Origin: Candidatus Micrarchaeota archaeon
GTDB taxonomy: Archaea > Micrarchaeota > Micrarchaeia > Anstonellales > Bilamarchaeaceae
Direction of reading: 5' to 3'
Length of the DNA: 50,049 nt
Assembly (NCBI GenBank): GCA_037447235.1
Contig: JBBIHC010000005.1
Span: 10,455-60,503 of the forward strand
Part shown: piece by piece, positions 28,336 through 36,134 of the stretch
Layout of the letters: the number at the start of each line of letters is the position of its first letter
How positions within the stretch are numbered: the stretch's first letter is position 1
Notes under the pieces: model-generated
What the model was told of the DNA's origin: nothing
The model's input: only the letters and a program-made list of their open reading frames with translations
The model's database searches: none
Position numbers and translations under genes: made by a program

Positions 28336-29517
28336 ATGCTTATAGGAATAGTGGGAAAGCCGTCAACCGGCAAAAGCAGTTTTTTCATGGCAGCGACCAG
28401 CGTGGCGGTAGAGCGCTCTCCGCGCCCCTTCACCACGATAAAGCCAAACCGGGCGGTCGGTTATGTTGAGGTGGAGTGCGTTGACAGGGAATTTGGCGTA
28501 AAATGCAATCCGCGCGCAGGCTACTGCGTTGATGGAAGGAGGTTTGTGCCTGTTGAATTGCTTGATGTTGCCGGGCTTGTGCCCGGCGCACACGAAGGCA
28601 GGGGTTTGGGAAATAAGTTCTTGGATGACTTGCGGCAGGCAGACGTGTTAATACACATTGTTGACGCAAGCGGCGGCACGAACGAGAATGGCGAAAAGGT
28701 CCCTGCGGGAAGCTATGACCCTGCGAACGACATCACGTTTTTGGAAAATGAGATCACTTACTGGATAAAGGGGATCATGGACAACAACTGGCTGCGTCTG
28801 GTGAAGGACAGCAGGAAGGGGGGCAACGAAAGCGTTCTTTTTGACCAGTTCACCGGGCTTGGGATAGGGAAGCATTCAATAACGAAGACGCTAACCGAGC
28901 TGGGACTGAAGGAAAAACCGCTTGAGCAATGGAGCGAAGACGAGAAATTCGCGTTTGCTAAAAAGATGAGGGCGACCGGAAAACCGATTCTGATAGCGGC
29001 AAACAAGTGCGACATTCCGGGCGCATACCAGAACTACCTGCGGCTCGTCAGGCAGTTTCCTGATTATGCCATAGTTCCCTGCTCTGCGGAGGCGGAAATA
29101 GCTTTGAAGAGCGCTGCCAAGAACGGCTTCATAAAATACATTCCGGGCGATCCTGATTTTGAGATTGTTGGCAAACTGGACGAGCAGCAGATGAAGGCGA
29201 TGGAGTTCCTGCGCGGATATATGAAGACGGCTGGAGGCACAGGGGTGCAGAAAGCCCTGAACAGCGCAGTCTTTGATTTCTTGCGGTACATCGCAGTCTT
29301 CCCAGGCGGGGTAAACAAGCTTGCTGACAGCAAGGGGAATATTCTTCCCGATTGCTTCCTTATGAAGCCCGGCAGCACCGCGCTTGATTTTGCGGCAACG
29401 ATCCATACTGATCTCGCCAAGGGCTTTGTTAAGGCGATAGATGTCAGAACAAAAAAGGCGCTTGGCGCGGACCATCCGCTGAAGCACAGGGACGTAATAG
29501 AAATCATGAGCCGGTAG
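28336..29517 (+). CDS. ychF: Obg-family YchF-like translation-associated NTPase with TGS domain
   Basis: GKPSTGKS, PFTTI.PN, DVAGLVPGAHEGRGLGNKFLDD, ANKCD, IHTDLAKGF. Confidence 0.95.
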   Translation: MLIGIVGKPSTGKSSFFMAATSVAVERSPRPFTTIKPNRAVGYVEVECVDREFGVKCNPRAGYCVDGRRFVPVELLDVAGLVPGAHEGRGLGNKFLDDLRQADVLIHIVDASGGTNENGEKVPAGSYDPANDITFLENEITYWIKGIMDNNWLRLVKDSRKGGNESVLFDQFTGLGIGKHSITKTLTELGLKEKPLEQWSEDEKFAFAKKMRATGKPILIAANKCDIPGAYQNYLRLVRQFPDYAIVPCSAEAEIALKSAAKNGFIKYIPGDPDFEIVGKLDEQQMKAMEFLRGYMKTAGGTGVQKALNSAVFDFLRYIAVFPGGVNKLADSKGNILPDCFLMKPGSTALDFAATIHTDLAKGFVKAIDVRTKKALGADHPLKHRDVIEIMSR

Positions 29518-29812
29518 ATTTTTCCCCGAGCTTGTTGAGCGTTCCGCTTGTTCTTATTGCTATTATGCGCGGCTTTTCTATCAGCGCCAGGAATCCAGGC
29601 ATCTTGTCTGCATAATCCCTGCTGCAGGTGATAACCCAAAGATTCCTTTCCGGCTCGTATTCACTGATCCTGATTTTGGCATAAGAACATCCATATTCCC
29701 CGAAAAACCTGAGCGCTTCGCCGTAGATTGCCGATGCCAATTCGCCTTTGCCCATCTTTTGCCTGACTTCTATCAGGATATGGCGCTTTCTCGGGACGCG
29801 TGCTTTCGTCAA
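29504..29812 (-). CDS. RNase P protein component Pop5/Rpp14
   Basis: RKRHI, FFGEYG, SGTLNKL; TTG start after GGTGAG. Confidence 0.8.
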   Translation of the reverse strand: MTKARVPRKRHILIEVRQKMGKGELASAIYGEALRFFGEYGCSYAKIRISEYEPERNLWVITCSRDYADKMPGFLALIEKPRIIAIRTSGTLNKLGEKSTGS

Positions 29813-29872
29813 TTGCTCACCGGTTTATATTTGTGAAGGCATATTTTTAAACAATCCCGCCCATAGCCAGTT

Positions 29873-30301
29873 ATGGAAAGGGTTTTGATTTTGTGCGGGA
29901 GCAAGAGCGATGATGAAATAGCGAAAAAGGCAATCGGAGTGCTCGAGGAGTTCGGGGTGGATTACAAGTATGAGGTCGCGTCCGCGCACCGCGATCCTGC
30001 AAAAGTGGAGCAGCTGGTGAAAGATACCAAGGCAGAGGTTATCATAGCCATAGCCGGGCTTAGCGCAGCGCTTCCGGGCGTTGCCGCAAGCAAGACCGTT
30101 AAGCCGGTAATCGGGGTGCCGGTCGAATCAAAACTCGGCGGGCTGGACGCGCTTTTGAGCATCGTTCAAATGCCTCCCGGGGTGCCGGTTGCCGCTGTCG
30201 GCATAGACAACGGCAGGAACGCCGCGCTTCTTGCGGTGGAGATATTGGCGCTGAAAGACGCTGCGCTTGCAAAAAAGCTCCTTGAAGCGAGAAAAAAGTG
30301 A
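29873..30301 (+). CDS. purE: N5-CAIR mutase / AIR carboxylase
   Basis: [50 protein letters not shown]. Confidence 0.97.
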   Translation: MERVLILCGSKSDDEIAKKAIGVLEEFGVDYKYEVASAHRDPAKVEQLVKDTKAEVIIAIAGLSAALPGVAASKTVKPVIGVPVESKLGGLDALLSIVQMPPGVPVAAVGIDNGRNAALLAVEILALKDAALAKKLLEARKK

Positions 30302-30311
30302 ATGCCAAGGA

Positions 30312-30397
30312 TGCAGGGGGCCGGATTTGAACCGGCGAACTCACTAAGAGACAGGATCTTAAGTCCTGCGCATTTGACCAGGCTTTGCTACCCCTGC
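30312..30397 (-). tRNA. tRNA-Leu (anticodon TAA), long variable arm, no encoded CCA
   Basis: GCAGGGG/CCCCTGC acceptor stem, anticodon arm CAGGA-CTTAAGA-TCCTG, T arm GCCGG-TTCAAAT-CCGGC. Confidence 0.96.
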
Positions 30398-30517
30398 GAA
30401 AACAGTTATTGCATCTGAATAACCTCAGGACAGTAGCAAGCTGAGATCGGATCGCCGATCTCTCAATTGCTACCCCTGCGAAAACAGTTATTGCATCTGA
30501 ATAACCTCAGGACAGTA
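30385..30517. repeat. 51-bp perfect direct repeat (30385-30435, 30467-30517) separated by a 31-bp hairpin
   Basis: TTGCTACCCCTGCGAAAACAGTTATTGCATCTGAATAACCTCAGGACAGTA occurs twice; spacer contains GAGATCGG-ATCG-CCGATCTC. Confidence 0.95.
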
Positions 30518-30590
30518 TGAATAACTCAATCAGGCTTCTTAATGTTTTTCCTGTTTTTTAATGTTTTCTATGGTGCCTGCCGCAGCAGCA

Positions 30591-31718
30591 TCAGCCGCGT
30601 TTGCCGCTCCTGGCGGCAATGCTGTCTATTATTCCGTTTATGTATGCTTCCGCTTCCCCTTCATCTTCAATAAGCTTCTCAAAAAATTCGGATGTTTTTA
30701 TCAGGCGGAGTTTTCCCTCCAATATCCTCTCAAGCTGGAGCCTGCCGAACTCTCTTGCGGATATGCCTGTTTCTTTGAGTTTTTTTATCTCGCTTATCTT
30801 TTCCATTGCAGCAGCTACGTTAAGCTCGTTTGACAGGAACACCATCGGGTCGGCGTTCCTTATCCTTATGTCAGAAGCCTTCAGTCCTTCCCTTAGCGTC
30901 CCGGCAATTTTTACCGCTATTATCGCGTCCGGATTTGCCGAGCGCAGCTCCTTTATTTTTTGTTCGGTTTTCTCTACAATCTCGGCTTCGCCAGCCTTGT
31001 CAAAAACCAGTTCCTCATAAAAAAACTTTCTTGTTGGGACTTCGAAAAATTCCGCCTTCCTTGTTTTCGTGTCGTATATCACATACCCCTTCGGCTCCAT
31101 CTCCTCTTTTTTCAGCTGCGTTATGACAGTGCTGCCAGGCACTATAAGTTTTCCATTCAGCTTTTCGTATCTCTTGTGTATGTGGCCGTTTATTATAAGG
31201 TCAAATGGCAGGCTTTCAAGAAAGCCGAGCGCCAGTCCAGTTTGATTCACTATCTCGGTTATGTTCTGATGGATCACAAGGATGTTGAAAGCGCCGTCAA
31301 CAGGCCTGTTTTTTTCCATCGCTTCCTTAAGCGCCTGCTCCGCCTGCTCTTCAGGCACGCTCCCGACGCACAAAATCGCAATCTTCTCGCCGTTTCTCTC
31401 AAAAATCTTTTGCCGGCCGTCAAGGTACTCCACGGCATCAGCGCTCGCAAGTATGTTGAGCGGGTTGTCAAACCCCCTGCTCCTCCTTTCGTGGTTCCCG
31501 TGTATCGCCACTATCGGAATTTTCCTGTTTTTGAATATCTCCACCGCCGCCCTTATCGTCTCAAGTTTCGGTATCCGCGAGTCAAAGATGTCGCCGGGTA
31601 TTATCGCGATGTCCACCTTTTCTTCCATTTCAGCCAGCATCCGCCCTGCCTGTTCGTAGGAATCCCCCTCGAAGCGGGCGTAGCCCAGATGCAGGTCTGA
31701 TATTATCCCTATCCTCAT
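30591..31718 (-). CDS. mre11: Mre11/SbcD metallophosphoesterase nuclease
   Basis: SDLHLG, PGDIFD, IHGNHE, HQ, NGHIH, PGS..TQLKKEE..KG; start at ATG 31718. Confidence 0.88.
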   Translation of the reverse strand: MRIGIISDLHLGYARFEGDSYEQAGRMLAEMEEKVDIAIIPGDIFDSRIPKLETIRAAVEIFKNRKIPIVAIHGNHERRSRGFDNPLNILASADAVEYLDGRQKIFERNGEKIAILCVGSVPEEQAEQALKEAMEKNRPVDGAFNILVIHQNITEIVNQTGLALGFLESLPFDLIINGHIHKRYEKLNGKLIVPGSTVITQLKKEEMEPKGYVIYDTKTRKAEFFEVPTRKFFYEELVFDKAGEAEIVEKTEQKIKELRSANPDAIIAVKIAGTLREGLKASDIRIRNADPMVFLSNELNVAAAMEKISEIKKLKETGISAREFGRLQLERILEGKLRLIKTSEFFEKLIEDEGEAEAYINGIIDSIAARSGKRG

Positions 31719-31770
31719 CGATAAAAATCCGAAAAACATATTTAAAAACAGTTTGGTTGGTTTAATTGTT

Positions 31771-31851
31771 ATGCCTGGCGAGATTATTCTGTACTCTATG
31801 CTGATAGCAGCCATATTGGTGGTTGCTTATCTTCTGACCAGGAACATGTAG
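31771..31851 (+). CDS. Putative 26-aa single-TM microprotein
   Basis: MPGEIILYSMLIAAILVVAYLLTRNM*; TTTAAAAA about 25-30 nt upstream; stop 5 nt before tRNA-Ile. Confidence 0.45.
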   Translation: MPGEIILYSMLIAAILVVAYLLTRNM

Positions 31852-31856
31852 GCGTT

Positions 31857-31962
31857 GGGCCCGTAGCTCAGCCCGGCTAGAGCGTTCGTGCTTAATGCGG
31901 CGAAACTGATAATCGGGCTATCTGAAATCGAAAGGTCTGGAGTTCAAATCTCCACGGGCCCA
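31857..31962 (+). tRNA. tRNA-Ile (anticodon GAT) with two introns (31889-31904; 31912-31926)
   Basis: GGGCCCG/CGGGCCC acceptor, D stem GCTC/GAGC, T arm TGGAG-TTCAAAT-CTCCA; removing both introns gives TTCGA-CTGATAA-TCGAA and a 75-nt tRNA. Confidence 0.9.
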
Positions 31963-31980
31963 TTTTTCTACTTTGCTTCT
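31963..31980 (+). terminator. Oligo-T tract after tRNA-Ile
   Basis: TTTTTCTACTTTGCTTCT immediately 3' of the tRNA. Confidence 0.5.
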
Positions 31981-32034
31981 AGTTTCGTTCCTGGGTGAAG
32001 CTAGGATATATAAACTACAATAAGGTGTTTAAGA

Positions 32035-32253
32035 ATGAGCAATAAACAAATAATCGAATCGGGAAGTCCCTACACCATTCAAGTAATATTTGAAGAAAGC
32101 AACAATATGTTTAAACAACCCGTTATAGGGAAACCAAACATAGTAGAGAAAGCAAGTCATCGGATTGGCGAATTTGTGTTCAAATATCTTGTTCTTAAAG
32201 GCGGCATTAAACTAACTGCCTTAACTTTATCAGAGGCAGAGGTGAAAAAATGA
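32035..32253 (+). CDS. Hypothetical protein (72 aa) in AT-rich islet
   Basis: ORF with TATATAAA about 25 nt upstream; coupled by ATGA overlap to the next ORF. Confidence 0.55.
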   Translation: MSNKQIIESGSPYTIQVIFEESNNMFKQPVIGKPNIVEKASHRIGEFVFKYLVLKGGIKLTALTLSEAEVKK

Positions 32254-32420
32254 ATATGAACATGTCATTATCTGGCCTTGCTGGTTGGGCCGCCTTAATA
32301 GCACTCTTTGCTTTAATGGCGATTACCAACTTTGCCGGTCTCTGGTGGGCGACCTGGACTATAACAATATTTCTGTTAGTGGTCGCTGGTGCGGGTATAT
32401 TGCGACATGGGTTTAATTAA
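32250..32420 (+). CDS. Small two-TM membrane protein (56 aa)
   Basis: MNMNMSLSGLAGWAALIALFALMAITNFAGLWWATWTITIFLLVVAGAGILRHGFN; GAGGTGA SD; not in ORF track. Confidence 0.65.
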   Translation: MNMNMSLSGLAGWAALIALFALMAITNFAGLWWATWTITIFLLVVAGAGILRHGFN

Positions 32421-32501
32421 GGAATTATTGTAAGAAAGCGAAGGATTAGGGAGTCGAGGGCAGGGTAATCCTTATAAATCCTAAGACAAAACAAGGATCC
32501 C

Positions 32502-33062
32502 ATGGGCAAAATATACGATGAATTTACAAAGATGCTTAAACTAGTTGGCAACTCTAGAAGAGAATTAAGGACTAAAATAGTAGAGGAATTTCTTTCTGAG
32601 AAAGGCGGTTATTGGAAAGACAACATAAAACACGTAACCCGTTATCGTTACTATGTGGAAACCTTAGCCGACGGTCGGCGTGTCTTTCTTTATCGGCCGA
32701 CGTTTTTGAATAAAGGAATCGATTTCCAGGTATGGGTTGAACGATTTGATGGAACTAATGACAGGAAGCCAAGCCACGACGATATACTAAAAGATTTGAC
32801 ACTGAAAAAGAAAGAAGACCCTAAAAAATATCAAAAACTATTGAAAGCGATAGAACTCGTTTGGAATTGTGAAGATCCCGATAAAGTTTTATCAGAAGCT
32901 GGCGATATACATTTTAGAAAGGGCTACCCGACCGACCTTATATTGAAAGTCCTGAAATGGCTCTTTATCGAACAGGATGTAACATATTGGAATTACGATG
33001 GTAGAGGCATGCTGATGCTTGCGATATCAAAAACCGGCCCAAAAATTACAACATCTCAGTAA
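32502..33062 (+). CDS. Hypothetical 186-aa protein, candidate restriction partner of the adjacent MTase
   Basis: Own TATA (CTTATAAA 32471-32478); convergent with and overlapping the MTase by 17 nt; no classical nuclease motif visible. Confidence 0.6.
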   Translation: MGKIYDEFTKMLKLVGNSRRELRTKIVEEFLSEKGGYWKDNIKHVTRYRYYVETLADGRRVFLYRPTFLNKGIDFQVWVERFDGTNDRKPSHDDILKDLTLKKKEDPKKYQKLLKAIELVWNCEDPDKVLSEAGDIHFRKGYPTDLILKVLKWLFIEQDVTYWNYDGRGMLMLAISKTGPKITTSQ

Positions 33063-33825
33063 CTAAAGCCTCGACAAGCTGCTTCTGAACAACATCGAGA
33101 CGTTTTTGTGCGATTTTTATGTACTCTTTTTCTTTATCTATCCCTATTGAATTTCTGTTTAGCATCTTAGCCGCTACGGAGGTTGTTCCAGAACCTACAA
33201 AGGGGTCTAATATAACATCGCCTTCATTCGAAGTAGCAAGAATAATCCGCTTAAGCAGTTCAAGTGGTTTTTGCGTTGGATGTGCGCCTGCCCATTTCTC
33301 GCTCTTTGGGGTTAATGGAATTTCCCAAACATTTCGCATTTGTTTTCCCTTGTTAAGTGTTTTCATCAGCTCGTAGTTAAATGTCCATCTCTTGTTACCG
33401 TGGTTTTTTGTAGCCCAGATCAGATGCTCAGTCGATTCCGTGAACATCCGGCAGGTTATATTCGGCTGGGCATTTGGCTTAAACCATACAATCGAGTTGT
33501 TGATTTTTACTTCATGTATATGCTGCAATATGAAGCCGAGCTGATAGATGTTATGGAAAGAACCGCATAACCAGAAACTTCCGCCATGCTTTAGGATCCT
33601 AAGGCATTCGTTTATCCATTCCTGATTAAATTTGAAGAATTCATCTTTCGTAAATATATCCCACTCTTCAGTAAGCGTTATGTGTTTACTGTATGCCCAA
33701 CCTAACCCTTTTTTCTTGGCAAGACCATACGGAGGGTCGGCAAAAATAAGGTCAACTGACTCATTCGGCAACCTTTTGAGTTCTTCTATAGCATCGCCGC
33801 AGATCAGTTGATGTGTCGTCTTCAT
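33046..33825 (-). CDS. Beta-class N6-adenine DNA methyltransferase, DpnA/M.MboIB-like
   Basis: IFADPPY precedes LDPFVGSGTT; GSFHNIY, PNITCRMFTESTEHLIWA, NYELMK.LN.GKQM..VW..LT..EKWAG.HPTQKP resemble DpnA blocks. Confidence 0.9.
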   Translation of the reverse strand: MKTTHQLICGDAIEELKRLPNESVDLIFADPPYGLAKKKGLGWAYSKHITLTEEWDIFTKDEFFKFNQEWINECLRILKHGGSFWLCGSFHNIYQLGFILQHIHEVKINNSIVWFKPNAQPNITCRMFTESTEHLIWATKNHGNKRWTFNYELMKTLNKGKQMRNVWEIPLTPKSEKWAGAHPTQKPLELLKRIILATSNEGDVILDPFVGSGTTSVAAKMLNRNSIGIDKEKEYIKIAQKRLDVVQKQLVEALVTEML

Positions 33826-34028
33826 GCTTTCATTAATGAGGACTTTGTTTAAAAGCATTTTGGGTTCTCTCTGTTGGAGCCCGCATCTCAGATCGCCAGA
33901 TTTGTTTGGATGGTCGTGGTTTTATCCGTTCTTAAAACAGCTACCGGCAGGTTTATAAAGACATTTCATATATTATAACTTACTATAACTAAATCTCGCA
34001 AAATAAGAAAACATTCAGGTGGGAGTCT

Positions 34029-34685
34029 ATGTGTGGAGCATCAGACAATAAAAAAGATATGGCATCGGAACAGCTGAACAGACGTTTGCTGGACGGCGAC
34101 TACGAGTTTTTTCTGGCGATGGCTAGGCAAAAGGACCTGCTGCCGGACATCCGCCAGACCGCAAAGGACATGCTGGGCATGGCAGTCGTGCTGGCAGTAC
34201 TGGACAGTTCTGGAAGAAATGCACTGCACAGGCTTCTGAAAATCGCTGAAGACAGGCAATTGCCAAAGGACTGCAGGGCATTCGCCAGGGCCGAGGCGGA
34301 AGTTCTGATTTCAGAAGAGATAAAGAGATGCGTCTCAAACGGCTGGTATACTGCCCTCATTGAGATGGAAAAAATGAAACTGCCAAAAAATTCAAAAAAG
34401 GCGGTGCGCGCCGCGATAGGCAGTGCGGCTGAAAAAGCCGTCGAACTCTACGCCGCGGCGAACTGGCGCGAGCGGCTTCTTGAAATGGGCAGGAACGATT
34501 CACTTGACAGGAAGGCCAGGGAGCTTGCGGAAAAGGCCGCTGAAAGGCTTTCTCCGGGCGGGGATTGCAGCGCGCTCAGGAAAGACAGCATAGCGCCGCG
34601 GCAGGGTTTCCTGAAAGACCTGGAAAAACGCAAGGAAGAAAACAAGAACCTGTCAGGAAGGCTGCGCCGGATCCTTCGCCTATGA
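34029..34685 (+). CDS. Hypothetical alpha-helical repeat protein
   Basis: Four ~40-aa imperfect repeats (..L+.M...LP...R..A...); AGGTGGGAG upstream. Confidence 0.6.
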   Translation: MCGASDNKKDMASEQLNRRLLDGDYEFFLAMARQKDLLPDIRQTAKDMLGMAVVLAVLDSSGRNALHRLLKIAEDRQLPKDCRAFARAEAEVLISEEIKRCVSNGWYTALIEMEKMKLPKNSKKAVRAAIGSAAEKAVELYAAANWRERLLEMGRNDSLDRKARELAEKAAERLSPGGDCSALRKDSIAPRQGFLKDLEKRKEENKNLSGRLRRILRL

Positions 34686-35153
34686 TGTCTGCCCGGCTGG
34701 ATTCTGCCCGAAATATTTCCTGAACTTTTCAGTCAGGAAAATCTGGCTGCTTCGCCCGGATTTTTTCTGCCTCACGAAGCCGGCTTCGGTCAGCTCTTTC
34801 ACATCATCATAAATCTTTGCCCCTATCCTCTTCACCAGCTCGGATTTCAGTATTCCGTCGTGCTTTGCGATGAAGGCAAGTGTCCTAAGCGATGCCCTGC
34901 TTATCTCCGCCTCCTGCGCAAATTCCTTCACCCTGTCTATGTACTCCGCTCGTATCCTGAGCTCGTACTTGCCGTCTATCTCGCTCAACTCGACAGCGCT
35001 TCCCCTTTCGTCATACTCCCTCTTCAGCTCATCCACAAGATTCTTGACATAGCCAAGCGCGCTTATGCCGGTTATTTTCCTGAAATCGTCAAGGGAAAGC
35101 GGCCTGGCTGCCAAAAACATCGCCGCCTCTATATACCTCTTCTCCTTTTCCAT
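34680..35153 (-). CDS. scpB: SMC-Scp complex subunit ScpB
   Basis: IEAAMF..RPLS, L..EY..RGSA+EL, SLRTLAFIA, YDDVKEL..GFV, LTEKFRKYFG. Confidence 0.93.
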   Translation of the reverse strand: MEKEKRYIEAAMFLAARPLSLDDFRKITGISALGYVKNLVDELKREYDERGSAVELSEIDGKYELRIRAEYIDRVKEFAQEAEISRASLRTLAFIAKHDGILKSELVKRIGAKIYDDVKELTEAGFVRQKKSGRSSQIFLTEKFRKYFGQNPAGQTS

Positions 35154-35154
35154 T

Positions 35155-35700
35155 TTACCGACCCTGCCTGGAAGCCACTTTTTTCCTCAGTTCTTTCGAA
35201 TAGTCAACTTCGTCAACAACCCGCTTTTTGTATTTCACCGCAAGCACTATCTTCTCTGCCGCTTTTTGCGGCGTGGTTTTCGTCGTGTCAATCTCCACCG
35301 GCCTCCAGCTGTAAACCTGCTCAACCCTCTGCACGCAATAGTCCAGCAATTCAGCCTCTATGTTCTCATCTATCTTCCCCTTGCCATAATTTCTTTTTTC
35401 CAGCCTTTTCCTTAAGACATCCGGATGCGTCCTTAGAACAAACACATAATCTGCCGGGATGACCACCTCGCAGGCAAGATGCCCTTCAACGACATAGTTG
35501 TTTTTTCCGATGAAATAGTCCTCAACGATTTTCTGCAATTTTTTGATGTCCACAACCTTCTCGCCATCCTCTATTTCGGCAGCCCTCCTTTTGTCTATAA
35601 GTTCGGCAAGAGCCGTCTTCTTCAGCCTGAGCAGTGCGGCAACCAGTTCTGCGACTTCGCTTTTTCCGGTCCCCGGCACGCCTGTTATGACTATTCTCAT
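35155..35700 (-). CDS. Adenylate kinase, AK6/Fap7 type
   Basis: ITGVPGTGKS, VVEGHL, VFVLRTHP..L..RL..RNY..KI.ENIEAE. Confidence 0.9.
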   Translation of the reverse strand: MRIVITGVPGTGKSEVAELVAALLRLKKTALAELIDKRRAAEIEDGEKVVDIKKLQKIVEDYFIGKNNYVVEGHLACEVVIPADYVFVLRTHPDVLRKRLEKRNYGKGKIDENIEAELLDYCVQRVEQVYSWRPVEIDTTKTTPQKAAEKIVLAVKYKKRVVDEVDYSKELRKKVASRQGR

Positions 35701-35709
35701 AAGAAACAC

Positions 35710-36054
35710 CTACAATACTTTTGACAGGAATTTTAAATAATCCTTCCCCCAGTCTAGGCTTTCCGTCCCCTTTTCCGTGATTTTATAGTACTTCCTCCTC
35801 CCGTCAAATTGCGAGGTTATGAGGCCCTCAGCCTCCAGCTTGTATAGCACGACATAGACCATTATCCTGTTGGGCCTGAAGCCGAAGTTTTTTTCTATTT
35901 CGTCATCAAGTGCGTAAGCGTACACGCTTTTTTTCTTCAGGAGCGAGAGGACGTAGAGCCAGATATTGCCTGCGGTAAGGTGATGGCTCAATCTTTTTGC
36001 CGGACCGGTCCCCGGATTTTTGACAACGCTTTTTTTTGTTTTTGCGCCGGCCAT
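35710..36054 (-). CDS. PadR family transcriptional regulator
   Basis: LYVLSLL..YAY, YVVLYKLEAEGLI, RRKYYKITEKG. Confidence 0.92.
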   Translation of the reverse strand: MAGAKTKKSVVKNPGTGPAKRLSHHLTAGNIWLYVLSLLKKKSVYAYALDDEIEKNFGFRPNRIMVYVVLYKLEAEGLITSQFDGRRKYYKITEKGTESLDWGKDYLKFLSKVL

Positions 36055-36134
36055 AACAATCATATGATAGAAGAATGGTTTTAAACTATTGTCCCATATA
36101 TAAAAATCGCTGTCAGCCGGGACCGGTGTGCACG

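Noticed and set aside
30385-30517. CRISPR mini-array (repeat-spacer-repeat)
   Set aside because: Only two 51-bp copies, the repeat includes the tRNA 5' end, and there are no cas genes in the window
32502-33062. Assignment to PabI, DpnII or another named restriction family
   Set aside because: No recognisable similarity by eye; left unassigned pending profile searches
31963-34028. Provirus or intact integrative element
   Set aside because: No integrase, replication or capsid genes, and no perfect duplication of the tRNA 3' end
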